Of a DNA stretch of 64,000 nucleotides, positions 20,085 through 29,239 are shown one piece after another. The DNA is from a virus. Made by a program: the position numbers and the translations under genes. The notes beneath the pieces are model-generated. The model made no database searches, had not been told where the DNA came from, and saw nothing but the letters and a program-made list of their open reading frames with translations. Each line of letters begins with the position of its first letter. Positions within the stretch are counted from its first letter, which is position 1. The stretch is taken from positions 32,001 to 96,000 of IMG/VR virus record IMGVR_UViG_3300035190_001334, one strand, 5' to 3'.

Positions 20085-21683
20085 CTACCCTGCATCAGTA
20101 GTAGCAATCTTACCACGCTTCTTTACCACTCCAACACTATCCTTACGGGCTGAAAAAAGTATGATGTCAGATTTGCCATTTCCCGACAAAACTGGAGTTG
20201 TCCCACTAGGGAACAAGATAGTGTTGTCAAAAGCTACCGCACCTGTATTCTGTACCAATTCGACAATAAGTGCTTTAGTTTGATTATTGGCAAGCGTAGC
20301 GGTAAAGTTAATGTTAGTGATGGTGTTGCTTATATCTGCAACTGGAGTTTTTAAGATGAGGTAGTCATAATCTGCGTCAAGGTCGATTGTGTAGTTTGTC
20401 GGTGAGGATATTGTCACGGTGTTGGTCTTTATTTGGTCGCCAAGAGCCGTTATCACTTCGTTAGATAGCTTTGCCAGTCCAACGCTTCCGTCGGGCAATG
20501 CAGGATTAAAAACGACCCATCTACCAGTGGTCGGATTAGTGTTAGGAATCAGAACTGTGTCGCCGTTGTCGGACGCAGTGGATGCAGCATCGTACTTGTA
20601 AGGTCTATTGACCGATTCAACCAAACGCACTTGACCAGACTTGTATTGCACTGAGTTCAAGCTCTTGAGCGCCGCAATGTTGTCCACTGGCGCGTCCCAG
20701 AAAAGAAGGTCTTGTAGAAGCGCGTAATTGACCAGCTTGGGGTAGATACTGATGAAACTTTGTGCCGATACTCCGTCTAGAAGCTGTGAAGATGGTGTGA
20801 CTTCAATTACCACTGCTGAACCATCGGGGATGCCCTTGTTGAGCGCAATATCAAGCGTAGGGTACTCTTGCACCACTCCAAGGTTGTCGATACCAGTTGT
20901 ATCCAAGGCGAAAGAGGTGAGGTTTAAGTATCCAATAATCTTGACACCAAAGACGAGCCGTATAGCTGGGTCAGAGGTGTATTCGCTTAGATTGAGACGT
21001 AAACCCGTCAAAGTACCGCCAGTGTCGTTCACAATCCAGTATTTGATAGGGACTGGAATGGAATTGATGTTTTCGAGTGGGGCAACGAGTAGTGTCTCTT
21101 GGTCAGCGCTGATTACGTCAATTTCGGCTAACGAAGTGGTTTCGTAGAGGCTTGCTTCTCTAGTCTTGAACCAGCGACCGCTATTGTGTGCTAACACAGT
21201 AATATTATCGACACTTTCTACCGAACCGCTAACAAATTCGTAGCAGAAACCATTGGAATTTAAAGCTGCCCTAGTTCCCGTCAACAACCCAGTAAGATTA
21301 CTGATATCTGAAGGATTATTATATGTAGAGTTATTTAAAACAGATAAAGTTACATTAGTCGGAGTAACAGGTGTTATATAGTCTGCGGCAAAATGAGAAA
21401 ATTTGTATATTACCCTACTAGTTGTATAAGTATTGGTACTAGATATAGAAATAAGAGACTCTTTTACATCTTCATAGCCCAACGTGGTGAAGGTATCCGA
21501 AGAAATTACTATCGAGCCACTAGAAGATACTGTAATACTTGCAGATGGGGATGGTACAGTATACCCAGCCCTATTTCGCCTAACAAGCCACAGATAATAT
21601 GTCCCAGCCGCAAGGCTACCTCCTCCTACTGTTGATACTGTAGGGGCTACCAGTGTTTTACTTGAAGCATAGATAGTTTTCAT
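20085..21683 (-). CDS. Tail/fibre-attachment structural protein
   Basis: Two ...D..TVL...GRW modules; C-terminal QNTG...LSGNGK.DII module shared with 58490..60331. Confidence 0.6.
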   Translation of the reverse strand: MKTIYASSKTLVAPTVSTVGGGSLAAGTYYLWLVRRNRAGYTVPSPSASITVSSSGSIVISSDTFTTLGYEDVKESLISISSTNTYTTSRVIYKFSHFAADYITPVTPTNVTLSVLNNSTYNNPSDISNLTGLLTGTRAALNSNGFCYEFVSGSVESVDNITVLAHNSGRWFKTREASLYETTSLAEIDVISADQETLLVAPLENINSIPVPIKYWIVNDTGGTLTGLRLNLSEYTSDPAIRLVFGVKIIGYLNLTSFALDTTGIDNLGVVQEYPTLDIALNKGIPDGSAVVIEVTPSSQLLDGVSAQSFISIYPKLVNYALLQDLLFWDAPVDNIAALKSLNSVQYKSGQVRLVESVNRPYKYDAASTASDNGDTVLIPNTNPTTGRWVVFNPALPDGSVGLAKLSNEVITALGDQIKTNTVTISSPTNYTIDLDADYDYLILKTPVADISNTITNINFTATLANNQTKALIVELVQNTGAVAFDNTILFPSGTTPVLSGNGKSDIILFSARKDSVGVVKKRGKIATTDAG

Positions 21684-21687
21684 TATC

Positions 21688-21834
21688 TTATTTTAACACT
21701 ACCACTTCAGGCAAAGAATCAATCCAGTCTTCAAAAAGTACCGTCATGGCTCTGTCTCTGGACTCGGCGTAATTTTTAAGCTTTGTCATGCGTTTCTCTG
21801 ACAAAGTGGCGTTGAATCTCTTATCTTTACTCAT
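21688..21834 (-). CDS. Ribbon-helix-helix-like small DNA-binding protein (not in ORF track)
   Basis: MSKDKRFNATLSEKRMTKLKNYAESRDRAMTVLFEDWIDSLPEVVVLK; paralog of 10609..10752. Confidence 0.75.
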   Translation of the reverse strand: MSKDKRFNATLSEKRMTKLKNYAESRDRAMTVLFEDWIDSLPEVVVLK

Positions 21835-21892
21835 GATTAGTGTCAATGTTATGTTATACTTACTATTATATCCTAGAAAACGATATTACGCA

Positions 21893-22672
21893 ATGACAAA
21901 AGATAAAGATACATGGATTTTGTATAAAACTGAAAATTTGGTAAATCATAGAAGTTATGTTGGAGTGCATAAACTTGCCGACAACCTACGCTCTAAGAAT
22001 TACCTTGGTAGTGGAAATAATATAAAGACAGCTATAAAGAAATACGGAAGAGAAAATTTCATTAGAACTACACTTGCAGAGTTTGCTTGTGCCGAAGACG
22101 CTTACTCGGCTGAAGAAAAGATGGTAACTGAGGAATTTATTAAACGTAAAGATACTTATAACATAAGTCTTGGTGGTCGTGGTAGTTCCAAACATACGGA
22201 AGAAGCTAAGGCGAAAATTGCTATTTCACACAAGGGGAGAGAGTTTACGGAGCAACATAGGGCAAAAATCAGCGCGTCAGCAAAAGGTAGAAAGATGACT
22301 GAAGAAACAAAAATGAAAATTGCGATTGCAAACACAGGAAAAAAGCATACAGAAGAAACAATGAAAAAACTTCGAGGTAGAATTGTCAGCGAAGAGACTA
22401 GAGCAAAAAGTGCGGAGATATTTAGGGGTAAAACGCACACAGAGGAGGCAAAAAGTAGGATGAGCGAGGCAGCTAAACTTAGAACTGGTGCTAAAAATCA
22501 TTCAAGTATAGCAGTAGTGATAAATGGTAAATATTATGAAAATGCACATATAGCATCCCCCTTAGAACAAACACATTATCAAACTATAGTAAGTAGACTA
22601 AAATCGCCAACAGCTAAATGGTCTGAATGGCGCTATGCTACTGAAGAGGAAAAATTGTCCCACCAGATGTAG
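21893..22672 (+). CDS. GIY-YIG homing endonuclease with NUMOD3 repeats
   Basis: Start set at MTKDKDTWILY by alignment with 9887..10552; YVGVH, YLGSG, YNISLGG; repeated HTEE(A/T)K motifs. Confidence 0.9.
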   Translation: MTKDKDTWILYKTENLVNHRSYVGVHKLADNLRSKNYLGSGNNIKTAIKKYGRENFIRTTLAEFACAEDAYSAEEKMVTEEFIKRKDTYNISLGGRGSSKHTEEAKAKIAISHKGREFTEQHRAKISASAKGRKMTEETKMKIAIANTGKKHTEETMKKLRGRIVSEETRAKSAEIFRGKTHTEEAKSRMSEAAKLRTGAKNHSSIAVVINGKYYENAHIASPLEQTHYQTIVSRLKSPTAKWSEWRYATEEEKLSHQM

Positions 22673-22724
22673 TTGTGATGGTCGGTACAGGTAAGGTCTT
22701 TGACGCTGCGTAGGTAGTCTTCAT
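22638..22724 (-). pseudogene. Orphaned original 5' end of the 20085..21683 gene
   Basis: MKTTYAASKTLPVPTITTTSGG matches MKTIYASSKTLVAPTVSTVGGG at 14/22 positions, then runs into the antisense of the endonuclease 3' end and stops. Confidence 0.8.
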
Positions 22725-22726
22725 AT

Positions 22727-22897
22727 TTACTTCATAATAGTTGTATTTGTGACGGACGTGACTATATTAAAAGTAAACGTATCACTGCCTTGTGTGAGTT
22801 TTACCCGATTTCCTTCTTGGACGACTCGCGGAACCACATTTTGCAGCCCAGCTTTGATGGCGGCTAGCGCCTCTGTGTAGTCGATGTCTTGGTTCAT
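22727..22897 (-). CDS. 56-aa hypothetical protein
   Basis: MNQDIDYTEALAAIKAGLQNVVPRVV...TTIMK; its stop is 2 nt before the orphan ATG at 22724. Confidence 0.55.
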   Translation of the reverse strand: MNQDIDYTEALAAIKAGLQNVVPRVVQEGNRVKLTQGSDTFTFNIVTSVTNTTIMK

Positions 22898-23003
22898 TTG
22901 ATTATTATACCTTGTTCCCTATTTCTTTTCTGCAAGCTAACGCAGTGACGAGCGCAAGCGAGTGGTACGTGTTATCATAACAAGTAAACATACACCAAAC
23001 AAT

Positions 23004-23306
23004 ATGACCTATCCAATTTCTGCATTTGTCGAAGCAGCCGAAGCGTTACGTGAAGAATACGAAAATGCTGAAGTTACGTCGTCCGATACGTCGATTACAG
23101 TCTCTCGTACTGTTGTCTCTGAAGAAGGTGCTACATATACTTATGGCATCGAGTTTACACCCCCTGATGCTGAATATGATGAAGAGCTTGTCGAATTGTA
23201 CGTCGAAGACTTGTACGAGTCACTTTATGGTGAGGATGTCGAGTACGAAGATGAAGAAGGTGAAGATGACGAGGAATATGATGAAAACGGTTATGTTGTA
23301 GCATAG
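23004..23306 (+). CDS. Highly acidic 100-aa protein
   Basis: From MTYPISAF: 33 D/E against 2 R and 0 K. Confidence 0.7.
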   Translation: MTYPISAFVEAAEALREEYENAEVTSSDTSITVSRTVVSEEGATYTYGIEFTPPDAEYDEELVELYVEDLYESLYGEDVEYEDEEGEDDEEYDENGYVVA

Positions 23307-23332
23307 CTTTTAGTTTGTATGCTCGAAACTGT

Positions 23333-23366
23333 GACCCTCGGTTGTAATGACTGGGGGTTTCTTGTT
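23333..23366 (+). terminator. Probable intrinsic terminator
   Basis: GACCCTCGGTT-GTAAT-GACTGGGGGTT hairpin followed by TCTTGTT. Confidence 0.55.
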
Positions 23367-23683
23367 GCACAAGGCTATATAAGGAAATTGGATTGAACTC
23401 AAGCGCCGTATGGCTAGTAGAAGGGATTGTTCAATAAAAATAATACTAATATAAGAAACTTTGTAAAAATACAAAAATAGAGCTTGAAACCCTTTAAATA
23501 CGTTACTCGTTACAAGACTTACACATGGAAAATTTAAAAAATACAAAATTTATAACAAAGCTTGTAAGTGCCTAAACATATACCTAAGATGATAAAAACG
23601 AAATTATACTAAACAAAAATTACAAAAAATATAACATGGTCTGGAGTGTGTTATTATTAAAATACAAATGTATAATAGTAAAT

Positions 23684-24409
23684 ATGATTTCAGATGAACC
23701 TTTAGCAATTACACCAGTAGAAATTGTGGGTGCCTTAAACAAGATACCTACAGATACCGATTTTGTAGAAAAAGCTATTACCAAATGGGAAAGGGCTGGA
23801 GACAATGCTCAGCTTGCTGCTACTAGTTTGATAATGTTACATCAGTTGGCAGACATCAAGACAACTTTAGCTGCTCTCAACAACACCGTACAAAATTTAA
23901 ACGACACAATCGGCAACCCCAAAGAAGTTAGCGTAGTAAAGTTGACTACTAAATTTGTGAGGGAGCCAGAGCTTCGGGAAGGGTTTTCTGTTTTTGTAGA
24001 CGAAAAAGACGGTAAGCAGAAATTGCAATACCAAGGCAAGACAGATACCTACATCATTTTTGAGGCTTTTGATAGACTTCATCTAAAACTGAAAAACTAC
24101 TACGGTTTGAAAGAGATAACTCATAAGACAATGAACAACGCCTTGATTAAGTCTTTCAACTGGTCTAAAGCAGAGGCTCAGGATTGGGATGAAGCTACCA
24201 AGAAGACTACAATCTTGCAAACTGCTGATTTACTTTACCTAAAGAAAAAAAGTAAAAAACTGACTATTCCAGAAATCAAACTTGCCCTCAGTCCTTTAGA
24301 GGAGACAACAAGATTCATCAAAAATACTTTACTTGACGCTGGTTGGGTTACTTTGAGGCAAGGTACTTGCAACACTATTTTCTATACACATTCAAACGGA
24401 GACTACTAA
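23684..24409 (+). CDS. Hypothetical protein (coiled-coil plus possible C-terminal winged helix)
   Basis: Start MISDEP follows a TATAAT; 241 aa. Confidence 0.55.
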   Translation: MISDEPLAITPVEIVGALNKIPTDTDFVEKAITKWERAGDNAQLAATSLIMLHQLADIKTTLAALNNTVQNLNDTIGNPKEVSVVKLTTKFVREPELREGFSVFVDEKDGKQKLQYQGKTDTYIIFEAFDRLHLKLKNYYGLKEITHKTMNNALIKSFNWSKAEAQDWDEATKKTTILQTADLLYLKKKSKKLTIPEIKLALSPLEETTRFIKNTLLDAGWVTLRQGTCNTIFYTHSNGDY

Positions 24410-24410
24410 A

Positions 24411-24500
24411 ATGACTCAAACATTTATTTATGCTATCTACTGCCCAAATAAACAGGAAGTTAAAATTGGTCAAAAGAAGAAATTACAGATTTACTTTTAG
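24411..24500 (+). pseudogene. Truncated GIY-YIG (T5orf172-like) N-terminus
   Basis: MTQTFIYAIYCPNKQEVKIG then an early stop. Confidence 0.45.
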
Positions 24501-24557
24501 GTAACGGCTATATATTAAAAACTTATCCTTCAAATCGAGTTAAATACTTTAAAAACC

Positions 24558-24803
24558 ATGACACACAACCCAAAATCAGGTTACTCCTGCAACATGATTA
24601 TTATCGATGACGTGATTACCCCATTTCCAACACCAGAGCAGAAAGCCAGTATGCTTCGATTGTACCAAGAACATTTAGATAGTCAAATCGCAAGTGTTTT
24701 TCGTACTGCCAATTACAACCATAATTTTGGAGTTGCCAACACTGCTGACCTACAAAGCCAGTTGGTTGCTAAGAAGCTTCATGAAGAACTACAAAAAACT
24801 TGA
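24558..24803 (+). CDS. Small protein with a terminase Walker-B-like segment
   Basis: GYSCNMIIIDDVI versus GGTVFIIDDII in the TerL of this window. Confidence 0.45.
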   Translation: MTHNPKSGYSCNMIIIDDVITPFPTPEQKASMLRLYQEHLDSQIASVFRTANYNHNFGVANTADLQSQLVAKKLHEELQKT

Positions 24804-24819
24804 GGTTGCAACTACTAAT

Positions 24820-25083
24820 ATGATTAAATGGCATGAACCTGAAAATACCAACAAATTTCTCACCTTTGAAGATGTAGACAAAATGATGAAAAGCTACAAT
24901 CCGACAGAGTTCAAACAACAATACCTGAATATGCCTGAACCCAGTGAGCCTCCTTGTATCTCATCAGAAGTTCTGGACAAAGCAAAAGAAAGTTGGATGT
25001 TAAGAACTGCCGACTATAGACGAGGCAAGATGCGCGAAATTTTCAATGTGCTGGAAACAGAATTTAGGGGAGAAGAGCATTAA
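24820..25083 (+). CDS. Small hypothetical protein
   Basis: MIKWHEPEN...FKQQYLNMP; 87 aa. Confidence 0.5.
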   Translation: MIKWHEPENTNKFLTFEDVDKMMKSYNPTEFKQQYLNMPEPSEPPCISSEVLDKAKESWMLRTADYRRGKMREIFNVLETEFRGEEH

Positions 25084-27764
25084 AGCCCACTTGAACCAGA
25101 ATTTACCCACCTTCCCATGCCATAAGGAACCCCTGAAACATCTACTCCGATTGAGTTCGGCAAACCTGTTACGTTCACAGTTGTCACCAGCCCACCTTTA
25201 ATACTATTTAGCGCTGTAGCGGTCGTACTAACTGCCGTGAGGGTAACTGGCACTACTTCGCCGAATGTGACATTGACGGGCTGATTAAGCGCACCTCCGT
25301 TGATTATCTGCGTAGTGAACGTACTCGACTTAGCAGCCCACTTTTGCCCAAAGTATTGAAACACACTATTAGGCTTTATTGCGTTTTGTGTCCACGTAAA
25401 TGATGTGGTTAAGCTGGCTCCGTCGAACACATCTTTATGCAGCTTGAATGTAGCGCCCTTGATTGCTTCTTGTAAGTTCTGCGCCCCAGTAATTGTCACA
25501 TCGCTCAATATGTTGCGGTCACGTACATTTGAGGTCAGATAAGTCAGCGAGTCTTTGAGTCCATTCTTGTCCTGAATAGGGTTAAGTTGGTTCACTGGCT
25601 TGCGTACTGTAGCGCTAGGAGGTCGCCCCAAAGCTGTACTAAAGCTTGAACTCTGTATGTTGCCCTTGAAGCTGGCATCAGCAACTGTGCGGATTGTTCC
25701 GTAGATTGAGTAGGAGTCGTCTTTGAAACTGGCATCATTAGCTGCGGTTGAATAGGATGGTACTGCTGAACCATCTTTTTTCTGCTGTGTTGGAATCACC
25801 TTGTTGACATCAATGCTCGGCGGAACGCCCTGACCAATTACTGCATCATCAGGCACATCCATATAACTGAATGGACGATAATAAGTACCACTATATGTCT
25901 CGTTTGCGTTAATTGAACCTAAGAGTCCATTTAGGTCATTGAATGTTTCATAAATTCTATCGATATTTGGCTTAGTTGTCTTGCTTGGGCGAATCATGTA
26001 GCGAGTATGCTCGTAAACTTCTTCACCAGTGGTCAAATAGATAGGGTTCTTGCCCCAGAGTGAAGCTGCTTGGTCATTATACTCAGGGTTGCCACTAACA
26101 GCCGCAGAAATCGAATATCTCGACTTACTAACTATCATCAAATTAGGAACCCAATCAGGACTAGGGAACAAAACTGCTACAGGGTCTTGAGTGCTTGGGG
26201 AGTTAGGTAGTTGTGCCTTGGGAATATACTCGACATTCCAATCAACTTTGTCGCCATCTTTGTAATATTTGCTAAACGGCTCGATGAAATAGTCTACGCG
26301 CTCGGTAATAGGGATTTTGCGATATAGGAAGCTTTCAAGTTTGCATTTTGCCTTGTAAACAGAAAGATAGTAGTGTTGGAGGCTGATGGGGTCGTTTGCA
26401 ATTAGATTACCAATTTGCAGCAGGAAAGTAAGGTTGATGTATGCCTGAATACTCCCTTGCGACCAACTTGCAGCATCCTCATTAGCAAAACGCTTAATTG
26501 TCCAACCTTCAGTCTGTTCAGCGACCAAAACTTGTGAATTAGACTTGAGGAGGTTCTGGTACTGCTCTGGAACTTCAATTTTGACGTAGTTCCCATACGC
26601 ATCCTTCACTTGAGGCTTGATGTCAAGTTCAAGCGGCTGATAAATGAAATCGGTCTGCTTAATGCTAGTTACGCGCCACACGATAGGACGCGCAAAGATA
26701 TTCTGTCCCACCATACCCATAGCTTGATTTACAAGGTCGCCAAGCAGTCCTTTCAATGCGTTACGTTGTGCTGCTGGATTACTTTGCATCCTGTTAAGAA
26801 TTGAAGTGTCAATATTGATTGGAGCCATCGGGTCAGTAACTAGTTCTAGCGCCGAGTGACTAAAACCGTAAGTGCCACTAATTTCCGACTGCGGTTGCCC
26901 GTATTTGTAAAGCGTAATCTTAAATTGCTTACTTAAACCACCGTTATCAACAAACACACTAAGGTCGCGAGGAACTAAGCTACCATCTCCGACTTCTACT
27001 GGAGGTAAGTGGGGATTAGGGTCGCCATCGTAAAGTACATACTCATCATCGGTCACTTGGACGTAAGTATTTTGTAGTCCATAATTAGTTCCACCATTCC
27101 AGTTCAGTAATGTATTTTTGTAGCAAGGTGTCTCGTTGTCCGTCAAAGTAATTTCAGTAAGAGGCGTAGCCGTAATTGAGCGTCCAGAACCAAGTGCAAC
27201 GTAATCGATGCCAGATTGTGAGTAAATAGCTACTTTGCCGTCAAGGATAGCGCGTTCATCTAAAAAAGACCGCAAGGTGAAGAAATCTGTGTTGGCTGGT
27301 CGGTAAGGAAGATTGACAAAGCCACTTAAACCTGTGATTGGGCAGTTGATGCCAGTGAAAAGAGATACTTGAGATAAGAGCGAAGCTAGACTGAAGCGGT
27401 AGAACTGTTCACCAATAATTTGCGCTGAACGCCCATAAGCCAAAACAAACTTAGCTGTGTTGATTGGTTTTTCTGTAAAGAGCTTGCTTACATGAGAATA
27501 GCTAAGTGAAACTTCGTATTTTACAAATATATTACCTACTTTCTGCACTTGAGGTGATTCTTTGTAGCTGTAGTTAGTCAGATAAAAATTGTAGTTACCA
27601 AAGGTTAAGTCACTTCCCAAATCAGGTATTTCATTCAGAGTTGCCACGTAAATGACGGCAGAAAGAGATGGAGGTTGGTCAAGCTCCTGATTTAGCGTGT
27701 AGGTACCTACAACGGCTCTGAGAGGATTTTCGGCGCTACTGGTAAGATTTGTGACTAAGGACAC
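25080..27764 (-). CDS. Tail tip / hub-like structural protein
   Basis: 894 aa; last large gene of the operon downstream of the tape measure. Confidence 0.5.
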   Translation of the reverse strand: MSLVTNLTSSAENPLRAVVGTYTLNQELDQPPSLSAVIYVATLNEIPDLGSDLTFGNYNFYLTNYSYKESPQVQKVGNIFVKYEVSLSYSHVSKLFTEKPINTAKFVLAYGRSAQIIGEQFYRFSLASLLSQVSLFTGINCPITGLSGFVNLPYRPANTDFFTLRSFLDERAILDGKVAIYSQSGIDYVALGSGRSITATPLTEITLTDNETPCYKNTLLNWNGGTNYGLQNTYVQVTDDEYVLYDGDPNPHLPPVEVGDGSLVPRDLSVFVDNGGLSKQFKITLYKYGQPQSEISGTYGFSHSALELVTDPMAPINIDTSILNRMQSNPAAQRNALKGLLGDLVNQAMGMVGQNIFARPIVWRVTSIKQTDFIYQPLELDIKPQVKDAYGNYVKIEVPEQYQNLLKSNSQVLVAEQTEGWTIKRFANEDAASWSQGSIQAYINLTFLLQIGNLIANDPISLQHYYLSVYKAKCKLESFLYRKIPITERVDYFIEPFSKYYKDGDKVDWNVEYIPKAQLPNSPSTQDPVAVLFPSPDWVPNLMIVSKSRYSISAAVSGNPEYNDQAASLWGKNPIYLTTGEEVYEHTRYMIRPSKTTKPNIDRIYETFNDLNGLLGSINANETYSGTYYRPFSYMDVPDDAVIGQGVPPSIDVNKVIPTQQKKDGSAVPSYSTAANDASFKDDSYSIYGTIRTVADASFKGNIQSSSFSTALGRPPSATVRKPVNQLNPIQDKNGLKDSLTYLTSNVRDRNILSDVTITGAQNLQEAIKGATFKLHKDVFDGASLTTSFTWTQNAIKPNSVFQYFGQKWAAKSSTFTTQIINGGALNQPVNVTFGEVVPVTLTAVSTTATALNSIKGGLVTTVNVTGLPNSIGVDVSGVPYGMGRWVNSGSSGL

Positions 27765-28414
27765 AATAATATATCCCCCTGCGAAGTGAAGAAACTATTT
27801 TTGCCAAACTTCAAGAACTTGTCGTATCGGTAAACCTGCCCGTAGTAACTGACGCTCTCAGTATCAACCGCCGCCCCTGCCAGCCTGAGTAACTTCTTTT
27901 TCTGCACAAGCGAAGCGAATCCGAGAAATGGTGAAAGTATGTCAAAATCAAGACGTACTCTGATGGTCGTGCGGTCAGTGATTGAAAAGCCTTTGATGTC
28001 CGAAACTTTATATGCGGTCGTGTCTCGGTCTTTAAAAATAATTGCGTTCGGGAAGTATACAGTCCAGTCTAAATCTGTGTGGCTGTTGAGGTCAGTGAAA
28101 TGGAAATCGAGCGTAGCCGTCTTGGAAATAGGGTAATCGCCAGTTGTCAAGTAGTAGCAAGCATTGAGGTCAGGTGTGGCAAAGCGAGAGCCTGAGTTAT
28201 TGTATCCATCAGCGCCGAGAGAGACAAAGTTGAAACCGACAAGAAAAGGTAACTTGAATTTCTGGTCTAACTTGATTACAGTCAGATAAGAGGCTTGTGC
28301 TGTATATGTGTCAAGATTTACAGTATTAGTAGATTCGCTTGTATATGGCGACACGGCTGCACCTCCAACCCAAGTTGGCAATCGTTTGGGCGTATCTTTA
28401 AGTAGTTTCCACAT
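27755..28414 (-). CDS. Minor tail protein
   Basis: Position in the operon after the tape measure. Confidence 0.45.
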   Translation of the reverse strand: MWKLLKDTPKRLPTWVGGAAVSPYTSESTNTVNLDTYTAQASYLTVIKLDQKFKLPFLVGFNFVSLGADGYNNSGSRFATPDLNACYYLTTGDYPISKTATLDFHFTDLNSHTDLDWTVYFPNAIIFKDRDTTAYKVSDIKGFSITDRTTIRVRLDFDILSPFLGFASLVQKKKLLRLAGAAVDTESVSYYGQVYRYDKFLKFGKNSFFTSQGDILLCP

Positions 28415-28783
28415 CTAACTTATCGCAAATTCTGGACTATTTAACTCGACTCCTGTAAGAGTGTAATTACGATAGCATTGTTCGGAGCCTACCGTGTATA
28501 TGCCACTATAGTCTACAGCTATAACTACCCAATTCTGTCCCCTAAATGAGAATGATTGAGAACCAAATTGTTGTAAAGAAGGTTTTTGAAATGGAATACC
28601 AGCTACTTTAATTCCTTCAAAATTTATTGTTACTGTTTCATAAGTAACAGAACCAGCCAACAAGGAAGAGTTGTTGAGCAGAAAGAAAGCATTCGCGTTC
28701 TGAGCATTAATTTTCCCAAAAGAAACTGCTCCCGATTTTAACGGAAAGCCAAAAAGCTTCTCTTGGGAATAACTAAGACCCAC
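28415..28783 (-). CDS. Minor tail protein
   Basis: Position; N-terminus QEKLFGFP resembles QTKLYGIP of the neighbour 28789..29196. Confidence 0.45.
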   Translation of the reverse strand: MGLSYSQEKLFGFPLKSGAVSFGKINAQNANAFFLLNNSSLLAGSVTYETVTINFEGIKVAGIPFQKPSLQQFGSQSFSFRGQNWVVIAVDYSGIYTVGSEQCYRNYTLTGVELNSPEFAIS

Positions 28784-28788
28784 TAGGA

Positions 28789-29196
28789 TTACCCAATCTT
28801 AGAGCGATATTCGTTGGTAACGAAAGTAACAGGGAAGCTCTTGAGAGATTCATCACTTGCCCCAACTCGGATACCACCTTTTTCTTCAAAGGAGAAAGGA
28901 TATAGGGTGTACTCACGGTAAGTTTGACCACCGACAAGACCAGTTCCTGCTGTCAAGTTGACTTGGTTCAGCAACATGGCTTCAGAGTTGGCGTTTGCAT
29001 CAGCTTTGATTTCTTGCACTTTAGTAAGGGAGATACCTCCAAAATCAAAAGTCCAAGTAACAGCAACTACCGATGCGCCGATAGAGAAGTCACCTAAGTT
29101 GGCGATGGTACTATCGATTGCCAGTTCCCCAGCCGTAATTTTGTCCGACGGCACTGGTATGCCGTAGAGCTTGGTTTGTTGGACGTTTAATGCCAT
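28789..29196 (-). CDS. Minor tail (distal-tail-like) protein
   Basis: Immediately downstream of the tape measure gene. Confidence 0.45.
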   Translation of the reverse strand: MALNVQQTKLYGIPVPSDKITAGELAIDSTIANLGDFSIGASVVAVTWTFDFGGISLTKVQEIKADANANSEAMLLNQVNLTAGTGLVGGQTYREYTLYPFSFEEKGGIRVGASDESLKSFPVTFVTNEYRSKIG

Positions 29197-29239
29197 AGTT
29201 GTTTTTCTTCACTATTTTCTCTAAGTATATCACTCTGGA

